Assembly (NCBI GenBank): GCA_012295275.1
Contig: CM022670.1
Location: 1,054,001 to 1,118,000 of the forward strand
Source of the DNA: Chrysomallon squamiferum
Taxonomy: Eukaryota > Animalia > Mollusca
DNA: 64,000 bases
Reading direction: 5' to 3'
Shown: positions 53,060-64,000 of the stretch, in pieces
Layout: each line of letters opens with the position of its first letter
Position numbering within the stretch: position 1 is the stretch's first letter
Position numbers and translations under genes: made by a program
The notes under the pieces: generated by a model
What the model was told of the DNA's origin: nothing
The model's database searches: none
The model's input: the letters and a program-made list of their open reading frames with translations, nothing else

Positions 53060-54139
53060 GAGCGAGAGAGACAAAGCGATAAATAAAGAGAGTTAAGACA
53101 GAGAGAAAGAGGGAGATAAAGTGATAGGAAGAAAAGAGCGACAGACAAGGAGACAGAGAAAGAGATACACATAAAGAAATATATAGAGGCAGAGTGTCGA
53201 TGTAGATAGATAAAGAGCTAGAATAAAAGACAGGAACATAGAGACAGAGAGAGACAGAGAGAGACAAATAAAGTGAAAGTCTAAGAAATATAACAGAAAA
53301 ATTGAAAAACATTTTTAAAAATCATCAAGATAACAAAAGAATAAAAAACAACAAATAAATAAATAAATCAATAAAAATATTTTAATATAATTATAAAAAA
53401 AAAATTAATGTTTTAAACAGGGGGGTGTAATTGAATATCCAAACGTTTGGCTGACAGATTTACACGTGGTACTTGTAAAATCAACTGTCAAATTTCTCTG
53501 ATTCTCGCACATGTAAACTGATTATAAATCGATCTGCGGCAGTTTTTTTTAAACAACTCAGACTTTTTCTTCACGTCTGATGAACACGTGACAAGATACT
53601 TAGCTGGAATAGTAAAAAAAAAAAAATAAGAAAAAAATAATAATGATAATGATGATAATTCTGTAATAATAATAACAATAAAGACAGAAAAAAAAAAACG
53701 TAAACGCGAAAGAACTATTCAGAAGTAAGGCTGTGATATTTCAATAATTTGACTGTCGTAATTTTTTCATCTCGATATATTTAATGACGTACTCAAATGG
53801 ATGACATAATGTAATGTCATTATTGTTAATTTGTTTTTTTAAATATAACTTTCTTCAAATACAGGCATAATAGCACATACGTGTTAGTAATTTGTAATTT
53901 GAAATATACACGGCAATTGTTTTCTTATTAGTGTAAGTAACATATACACATCATTATATCACAGAGTACTTTAGGAGTCTGGGTAATAAATGTGTCACAC
54001 ATTATTCAGTGATTTCTTGAATACGACAGTTTGATCTTAGAAATGAAGTACGTGCAAATCTGGAAATGTATTAAGGATACTTAATGATACTCAATACTGA
54101 CAGTTATGTATCATTCACGACGATTTAACACTGCAGACA

Positions 54140-54350
54140 CAGAGAAGAAACCCGCAGCTGTCTCTCTTCGTGTTATTTTAGCCACCCAGCAGTAAGGACT
54201 CTGTGTGTAAGATTTCTCAGATGCTGGAAAACAAGTGCAATGCCAGTCACGGAGCGCTGGATGAAATGTGAGTAACTTTATTTATTTCCCCGAGGAGGAC
54301 CGATCCTTTGAACTGCGGTTCCTCAGGGAAGTGATCTGTTACCGCCCACT
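54140..54350 (-). mobile_element. Degenerate SINE copy, reverse orientation
   Basis: AGAGAAGAAACCCGCAGC...CAGCAGTAAGGA is the reverse complement of the core at 30165, followed by CCAGTCACGGAGCGCTGG...GATCC towards the head. Confidence 0.45.
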
Positions 54351-55133
54351 CATGTACGATATATCAAACATCATATTAGTAATAAACTTGATATGTACCA
54401 TATATATTAGTGAAACTACGCTGAGATAAAACTTTACGAGTTAGCTATAATCAGTATATATATATATATAGGCTTTCTACAATATATATGGTATTATAAA
54501 GAACAAGATAATGTCACAGTGTATTTCAGTACATCATTCATTACGTTAGAAGTACGCAGTACACGAGCGCTGTTGGAGTTCATTGACATACTTGTACTCA
54601 CTCACTACTTGATCACGTAACAAATAGTTCAATGAATAATAAAAAAAAACTCATTTTGTTTTTGCGTTTCTGATTTTCAGTATTAAATTCTAGAGCACAG
54701 CAAAATGCTATTCTTCTCAGATTTATTCTTCTTCTTTCACTGTAACCCGAGGCAGAACTTTTGATAAAACCAAACAATAAAATGGCGCAGATTCTGCTAC
54801 TTTTCTGTTTGAAGAAAACCTCTCTGTTGGACATTTGCAACTGCGTATCCACTGACAATAGAAAGATGAGACAGAATAACTGAATAAATAAAATATTTTA
54901 GTGGCTAATGATAACTTGCGCTGTTCTTGTAATAAATTCACACTATTCGTTTTATCACAAGGTCAAAACTAGTAGCATTATTTTCTTTTACAGAATTTGT
55001 TTTATTATGTTTTCAGTTTTATTTTTAATTTTATCATGAAGTTACATGGAAAAGATTATTTAACTTTCGTCATCATTATAGTTATCATTATCAGTGTTTT
55101 CATTATGGTAAACATAAACGTCTCCCAGTTATC

Positions 55134-55165
<32 letters not shown>

Positions 55166-57347
55166 CAACATCTTCTTCTTCTTCAAAATTGCACATGATA
55201 TCGTTATATTTTCTGACTTACAAACGTTGCTTGGGTCTTTGTTTACTAGTAACAGAAGCTCCACAGAATTGGCACCATGATGTTGACCTCTGACATCAGG
55301 TCAGTAGAGGTCTCTGCCAGATTGGTGCTATATAACAGTTTACTCTACACATGCAGCTGACAGGTTAGTATGGCATTGTGTAGTTAGTGTTGAACTCTGC
55401 TGTTCTATGAGACGAGGTGGACGTAGAAGGCTCCTTCCTTGTTAATCAGAAAATGCAGCAGAAGCAGGTTTTCTCTCTAAAACAATCATTAAAAATTCTA
55501 CAGATTCATACCGCTCGTTCTAAGTCCAAGAATTATCAAACCACTGACCTTGAACTCTATTCATCCTATAGAAATGAAAATGGCGTCACAAAGTTCAGAC
55601 GCAGAGAGTTGGAAACGATTACTCGTGTTTCGTGTTTTTCATTACAGAAATTATTAATCAGTTTGGCCCATTCAAACAGAGATCACTGATACTGAATGCG
55701 ACACTTCGCTATTAAACCTGAGAGCGGCGTTTGAACTGTGAGGTGATAAACGGCGAGTAATTGTCAGAGTCAAGCCACAGTAAGTCTCCACTCGTAAAAA
55801 TTCCGAGCTTCTGCCTCGACGCCAGCACTTCGATGAAACGAAATCACTGGAAGCTGCAAACAGTCTGGAAAACAAGTTTGATTGCTACTACGTGCTAGGA
55901 CGGTAGATGTTAACTATGTGTCAAAGTAAAAAAAGTTCTAAATTTATTTCTAGTTCAAGCAGTGTATGTGCAAGGATCCAGTTTTGGATGTTTGTAGCCT
56001 ACACGTTTGTGTGTATGTTTATGTGTGCATGTGTGTTTTTGTGTTTGTATGTATGTGCTTGTGTTTATGTATGTATGAACGTATGTTCGTGCATTAGAAT
56101 GAATCACATTCCAAATATTAAAGGAATATTTACGGAGCAATAACTTAAAATAAATTCGACATTCTACTTAAATTATTATTATTTTTTTAAATTTATTTAC
56201 TGTAATATGTATTGAGAGCTATGGTTGTGCAACGTTTTTAATATTTCTGTAATTACAAATGCTCAGTTTTTGTGTTTTGACCGTAGAACACATTCCAGCA
56301 GAAGTAATATAATCTAACTGTCAGAAATGTCATTTAGTGTGATCGAATCTAGCCAATTTGTGGATTTACCGATTTTTTACGGTAATTTTATAACAATTTT
56401 TCCAGCTTACTAAAGCGGAATTCAGCATTTAAACTTCTCAAAAATGTCAAACTGGAATATGTCAGCCAATCCGTTGGATATACTATCTTGACTTTAAACT
56501 ACATTACTTATAAGTCGAATCACATTAAAACAATTAGAGGCACTATTTAGCAGTTAGTAGCTTACACTCACATACACACAGACACACACACACACAAACA
56601 GATATGTGTGTAAAATTGTTGTATATATATATACACATATATATCCATTATCCATGTGTGTACATGTGTGTGTATATGTATGGTTATGTGTGTGTGTGTG
56701 TGTGTGTGTGTGTACGTATATAAATCCACAAAATCTTTGTAGCTTTTGTTAATTAATTTCGCTGACTTCCATCACAACACATTCATTACAACAATTCGAG
56801 TCAAACTGAACAGAAATCAAACATTACTAACACACCATTTCATTACTCATAAACGTACCGAGTGTTTTTCAGAACAGAAAATATTTCTCTCTGTGTCATT
56901 CTGGCAGAGTTTTATTATTCACCAGCTTTGATGAATATTCTTTTTTATTTCTGGTTCCATTGATAGCTTTATTGACGTTCATCATCTACACAACACTTCA
57001 TGCAAATTACTTAAATCAGCGCAGATGCTCGCTTCTTCGACCAGCAAGTTAAAAACTACACGAGCGAAAGAAAGTGGAAGCCCTGACTTAGTGATGTGAG
57101 CGTTCGCTTGAATCGTGAGGAGTCTTTGGTTCAGCTCTTCTCGTTATGCTCACTGGAATAGTTCCAGATGTTACCAGTGCTCATCGACAGTTTATATAAA
57201 CATAATTAACAGTTTGAGAGCTTTCTTAATAAGCAGGATCAATCCCAGTATTATTCTTGGTATGCATTTTTTATTTTGTTTGGTATGTACAAGGTGTATG
57301 TGTGTTTGTGTGTGTGTGTTTGTGTCTGTATATATGTGTATGTGTAA

Positions 57348-57382
<35 letters not shown>

Positions 57383-57931
57383 CGTCATGCTTATTTTTCA
57401 TAGGTTCAGGTATATCATTTCTATTCTATAGGAAAGTACAAATTAAAAATGTCTTTACTGTTAATGAACAAGAATAATCCACCGACCAGCTAAAATACGT
57501 CTGATCTCTCCTCTTGTCCTCGCAAGACAAAAAACATGCGTCTAATAACAGTAACTATTAAAATGTTTCGAGATCTCGTTAAATAACCCCTTTCATTATT
57601 TTTACAGGAGAAAATACTCACATGTATCTTAATTTAGCAAAATTATAGTCATTTAGACAGGGTTAAATTCTTCCATTTTGGTAACTAACTTAACTTCACT
57701 TTCTATAAATCAAGGCAAAGATGATTACAAAGTGCTCTCTTGAGGGAAAGAACTTATTCCGTTTCGATAATAAAGTAAGAATTAAAATTTTTTTTATTTA
57801 TTATTTATTATTATTAATATTATTTTTTTTTTTTTTTGCATGACTACTTTAAATTACAACAGATTACAAAAAAAAAAAATAATAATCATAAAAAAATTAT
57901 GATAATAAATAAATAAATAATTTCTAGCATT

Positions 57932-58032
<101 letters not shown>

Positions 58033-58480
58033 TCCATAATTATTTTTTTTTAACAACAAGAACAAAAATTTACTACCTAATAACGGTTATCATTTCGAAT
58101 TTTTAATAAATGTTAAGTTTCTTTCTATTTCTCTCTCTGTCTCTCTTTTTTTTTTTATTACTTTTCTTTTTAGTTTTTTTTTTTTTTTCAAGAAATAAAT
58201 GTATTAAATTGTGTATCGTAGTCTTATAAAATTATGGTAATCCAGGCGTCGTAATTTGTTCCGTTTTGTTAATGACGAAAATCCTCAAAAGTAACTTAAT
58301 TTCTTTCCTTTCCGTGACTTAATGTTTTTATTTTTTTATTATTATTTTTATTTAATGAAGTTGATATATGATTTTTAAATAATTTTTTTATTATTATTAT
58401 TTTCATCATCATCATCATCATCATCATCACCAGCATCATCATCATCATTACCATTATTATCATCATCATCATCATAATCA

Positions 58481-58551
<71 letters not shown>

Positions 58552-59137
58552 GGTAGAATTGAGAAATGGCTAAAGGATCCTGGAAGATTTCGTTTTATAA
58601 CTGAACAGTAAGTTTCTCGTATTCATTTAAATAACTTCTAACATGTAATCTTGACCAATTTGCTTTGTGTTAATTATCTGAAAATTTGCAACTTCTATTA
58701 CAAATCCTGTAAATATATATTTACATATATATTTAGTCTTATTATAGAAATATTGTACTTATTCAGAAAAACAAAGGATATTTATATATCATTTTGTTAT
58801 TAAAAGTAGTAATTTATTTAATTTTTGATTGTTTGTTTGTTTGTTTGTTTGTTTGTTTTGCAGTTTAGACCGCGATGTAGGTCTGTACAGAAAAAAAAAA
58901 AAAAAAAAAAAAAAAGAAAAGAAAAGAAGAACAAAAAATGGCCACAACGGAAAACCCCTGCAAAAAGAAAACAAACACCATCATCACCATTATTACCAAC
59001 AACAAAAACAACAGCCTGCTCCCCAAATCTAAATTGACTTATAATGTAGTGATTTATAAAAAAAAAAAAAAAAAAAATTGTATACATTTTCTATTTAATG
59101 TAAAAAATCATTTACTTCCAAATGCTTTTTATGCAGG

Positions 59138-59175
<38 letters not shown>

Positions 59176-60122
59176 TATATATAATAAAAATATAATAAAT
59201 TACGTAAGAAATGAGACTGAACAGTATTAAAAATATCTTTTTCGAAAGTATATGCTTAACCACTGCATCGGGTGTTAATTATAAAAAATGTATTCAGAAA
59301 AAGATGTGTTTTAAGATTTTTACTGAATAATAATCAAGCTGATTTCTGTACAGTGATCTAATTTTTTCTTTAATATGTGAACAACTTAAAAGGCTGTGCT
59401 GAATCGTGCACGCAAATTTCAAATACACAAACAAAAAACAAAAAAAAACATAAAAAAGAAAATGGAGGTCAGTCTTGATTTCACAGCATCAGTAATAATT
59501 ATAAATCATTAAAATGTAACTTTTTGTTAATTAGAAAATGTTGCCGTGAATTCAGCTCATTGTGGACGTTACAACGTATTCCTCAGCCCCTGGGGCACGT
59601 GTACCGGCTACTGAACAAACATTACAAGAGGGAGGGGTTAGGCGACCAGAGGGGGGGTTAGGATTTTCAGTTCGATAAGCTGGAATCAGGTCAGTCGTTT
59701 TCACAAAGTGAAATTAGAAAAGAGAAAGTGGCCGAGAGCGAGTTAGTGAATGGAAATGTTTAAAAGCGGATTTATGGGAAACTCAGATTTAATTAATTTT
59801 AGAATCGAAAATGAGTAAGAAGAAAGCATTTTCTTTTATACAGGAAGATAAGAAAGAAGATATTTTAAAAGTACTTATATACATAGTTTGTTTTATCAGT
59901 ATTTTTGTTAAGGCTGCCACTGCTAGGTGTATCTGTTTTGTTATTTTAATTTAAACGATCCTAGCAGCGCTCACGCAGTTGTTTGTGTAGTTTGTGAAAT
60001 CTTCTCTTTCTTTTACTCCTGTTTTTTCCTTGTTTCCGTCTGTCTGTCTGTCAGTCTTTACTGAAAAAGTTTTTCATAAATTCAAAATGTTAAAAATGAT
60101 ACATGCATATACACACATGCAC

Positions 60123-60162
<40 letters not shown>

Positions 60163-60534
60163 CAGATGGTTGTATTGATAGATTAACAGTATCGTGGTTC
60201 ATACTGTGTGCGGGCGAATGGATGTCGTAAGTTCGAATCTCGTCAGCGGCACCTAACTTTTGCAACATCGTTATTTTACTTTTCAGAGACAAAAACTGCA
60301 GCAGGGAGATAACAGAATTTTCATTCTAAGTCTGTACACAGATAAATACGTAACATACATACGTACGTACACCTACTCTCACACGTAAACACAGAAGGAA
60401 ATAAAATCCTACTTAAAAAATAAAAAAATAAAATAAAGATAATGATAATAATAATAATGATAATAATAGTAATAATAATAATGATAATGATAATAATGAT
60501 AATAATGATGATGATGATAATCATAATAATGACG

Positions 60535-60570
<36 letters not shown>

Positions 60571-62134
60571 GATAAATAAATAAATAAAATAAGAGGAAAA
60601 AGATATTTTCCTGTTTTAAAATGAACAGTTTACGAGAATGAGCAAATGATATTTATTAACAAAGAAATGTTACAATGTGATGAATAACAGCTTCTCTCGG
60701 TGAAATACCATGACACTCATTAAAGTGACTGTTAACATCATTTTATACACTCTGATTACATCTCTGATCGCAATATATATTACTTACTTACTTACTGTCT
60801 TGTAAAACACGTACTCTTATTTTGTTAACAGCCCGAACATCATATTATTAAGATATTAAAATTCCAGTAGCTTAAGTAGGTTTGATGTAATTGCCTTTGA
60901 TGGAGATATAAAGAAATATTCAGCGTCAGTTGTCAGTTTTTTTTAGCAATGCGCAGAGGCAAGATCAAATTCATGATTTACGATTTACTCTCTTGGTTAA
61001 CATAATTGTTAATATAAATTCTGATTTATCAAAAATTATAAAATACTTGGATAGATCATGACTATAAAATTATTTTACCAAAAACATTGCAAAGGATTTC
61101 AAAGTGTTTGAAAACGATTTAAAATTATGTTAACAGTCCCATTCCATAACAGCAACTTTTCATAACAGTATTGAGTAATGACAGATATATAGTAACAGTA
61201 GTATTAGTCTGTCGCTAGTTTACAATACATGAATGATAAAATACAAATATAAACGTATGTATTAATATATATTGTACACATATTAATTTTATCTCACATG
61301 TAATTCATACAAGATATAACCAACATTCAAACCAGTATAAGATATTAATAATATAATTATACTGAATTTTATTTAACGCAGAATTAATATTCCTTTATGA
61401 AACCAAGTAGGCACCATGTCAAAAATAATCATATTTGAAATATGGTGCAACGTGCCCACGCACGTACTCACCCAGTACTCACAAAAAAACGACCACACAA
61501 AACAATATGTACACACAACACAGTCGAAAACTTAACAGTGATACAAATCGTTGTGACAGTATATTAACAAAACTGAAATTAATGATTAAACAATTTACAA
61601 ATAAACTTCAGAGAAAAACCGTTAATTGTTCTATTTTTATAAATACCAAGAATTTATTTTATTGAACATTTTCCTTAGGAAACTACAGACCACTTTATGT
61701 GGGTAGGTGCATATAACACATCTCTTCATGCTAACTGCAAGAGTATCCCCTCGTATGACTGCAGCGGATGTGATAACCAGTCGTAGTTAAAAGTGTAAAT
61801 ATCTCAAACGGAGGCATCCAGGAGGATTGGTTTTACGATCTACAACGCCTCCGGCTTCTACAAGCAAGCTACAATCCTCTCCCAGTCACTGATATTGCTA
61901 CACGATGGCAGTGCTCGTAGAGTTGTATTTGTTCACTCGTCTTAAACACTGTGTTATACCGCGCGACACAAGAACCGAACAAATAAAATCAATAAGATTT
62001 CTCATTAACCTGCTTGTTCTTGAGATAACCAAACACAAGTAATCCACCGAAAGGTTATTTACATGAGATGATGATTTTTTAAAAATAACTGTAATGGTTT
62101 AATATGATATTATTATAGAAGAATGGTTTAGAAT

Positions 62135-62257
<123 letters not shown>

Positions 62258-63097
62258 CATCTCTCCCTCTCCTATATATATGTGTGTGTGTGTGTGTGTG
62301 CTTGCATGATTGTGTGTGTGTTTGTGTAAAATAACAAGATTTGAAAATATTCACCGAACTAAAATGTCCTGGTATATAATAAAACACTTAATGAATGAAT
62401 AAATGCTTGTTTTGACTACACTTCAAAATATGTTAATATTATGAGCTGAAACTAAGCGTTTTGTTCACTTACAGTTTGATAAAAAGAACTGTTTTAAAAC
62501 CTTATGTTATTACGTTAATGGCTGCAAGAAAAGCTTTCTGCGTTTCAGGGGATTACAGTAACATCCTGCGTAACAGTGATATTCAGGTTTATTTACATCT
62601 TTTCAATCAGTAAAATCAATCGTGGACAAGAACAGTTTCATTACAGACGTTGTTCACTGTCATTAACCGAAGTCAAGGTATTCGTTGTTCATTTTAAGTT
62701 TAATTTGATTGTCGTTTAGATATAATATTTAACAAATGTAATAACGAAAAAAATGTTCTAATGCCATCACGTTGTTTGTTTTTTAATATCTATATCTGAG
62801 TTGGAAAATATACATCTTTGGAATATAGTTACAACAAATATATTTGGAATATATTTATACAACAAATGAAACAAAATTAAAAAAATATTAAATAAACCAA
62901 TAAACAAAAAAAATGGAGCCATTTTTTTAATTTAAAAAGGATCAAAGTATAGTATGCTTCTGTCAGGCTGAGAGTGAAAGAGGAAATGTTGATGTAACAG
63001 CACACAAAGAGAAAACTGTAACATTTTGTTACACGATTCATCCAACATCAGGCACAGTCAGTTTCACCACATATTTGTGAGTATTTCAAAGAATTTG

Positions 63098-63133
<36 letters not shown>

Positions 63134-63448
63134 TTATTTTAGATTCCAACGATATAATTGGCTATTTTGTCAATGTAACATAAATGAACATCATTTTCAT
63201 ACAGCAAATTCTTCTGATTCAAGTCTCTCGGTATTTTCTTCTACTCTTTGTTTTATACAGTTTATAACGCACAATGTGATCACATTAAACAACACATTCT
63301 TTTACGCACAACTGAATATTTAAACATAAAAACAAAAACAAAAAAAACCAACAGTATCAAGGAAACTCCAGACATCTGACTGTCGCCAGAGAAAAATGTG
63401 ACACGCGGTATCAAAATACACGATTTTCTCTTAACGACGATTTTCCGT

Positions 63449-64000
63449 TCAGAAGCTTTTTTCCGAAATGTCGTCCGACTCGTGTATTTTGTCGTAGCTA
63501 GTCACCTGACTGGCACCCACCGTCCTCGTCGACGCCGTGTTTCCAGAAAACGACATCTCGTTTCGCCTGGCGTACACGTATCTGCGACGGCAACACCTGA
63601 AGGCGGACACGAAGCCTTGCCGGAAGTTCCGGTTCATGAAACAGTAAGTGATCGGGTTGCAACACGAGGACACGTAGGAAAGAAGATGGACGAAGCTTTT
63701 GGCCATCGGCGAGATTTGTTGCGTGGCGCTGTCGTTGTCGAACACAATCCACGTGGTGATGACGTAGGTGGGCGTCCAGCAGACGAAGAACTCGAGGACG
63801 ATGGCGAAGAGCATCTTGATGACGCGGCGCTTCGACGCTCGGCTCTTCTCGCTGTTCGACTGCCGCATCGCGCGGTGCATCTCGAAACGACGGAACGGCC
63901 GATTGGACGACGCCGATGACGTCACGGAATAATCTGATTCCGAAACGATGGGTCCTTTGCGTCCGTTTCCCTGCACGATTGACGAGTCGTAGTCGTTACA
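63449..64000 (-). CDS. Cholecystokinin/sulfakinin-type rhodopsin-family GPCR, terminal coding exon (ICL3 end, TM6, TM7, C-tail); 5' part outside the window
   Basis: KRRVIKMLFAIVLEFFVCWTP (TM6 CWxP), LLSYVSSCCNPITYCFMNRNFRQGF (TM7 NPxxY and helix 8, typical of CCKR/SKR), CC palmitoylation site; frame open to the window edge. Confidence 0.88.
   Translation of the reverse strand, partial: CNDYDSSIVQGNGRKGPIVSESDYSVTSSASSNRPFRRFEMHRAMRQSNSEKSRASKRRVIKMLFAIVLEFFVCWTPTYVITTWIVFDNDSATQQISPMAKSFVHLLSYVSSCCNPITYCFMNRNFRQGFVSAFRCCRRRYVYARRNEMSFSGNTASTRTVGASQVTSYDKIHESDDISEKSF

Overview
Eukaryotic (animal) DNA: AT-rich, full of microsatellites, with spliceosomal introns. Gene and repeat content suggest a mollusc, probably a gastropod (inference). 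Left to right: (1) the 5' part of a CDKL5 kinase gene on the minus strand, with 8 coding exons reconstructed and a CpG-rich promoter near 12.0-12.2 kb; (2) a compact putative immune cluster at ~17-44 kb made of two divergently oriented 311-aa aerolysin/ETX-MTX2-like beta-pore-forming-protein genes with single-exon CDSs (one begins with an MGNCCS myristoylation/palmitoylation motif, neither has a signal peptide), a secreted PAN/Apple-domain gene between them, and a single-cysteine-cluster Toll-like receptor with a 1-nt frameshift and a divergent TIR; (3) a long non-coding stretch; (4) the last coding exon (TM6, TM7, C-tail) of a CCK/sulfakinin-type GPCR, running off the right edge on the minus strand. 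Most other ORFs in the track are microsatellite or antisense artefacts. The best candidate for a new system is the intracellular lipid-anchored pore former plus its hairpin-degenerate paralogue, next to the PAN gene and the TLR.
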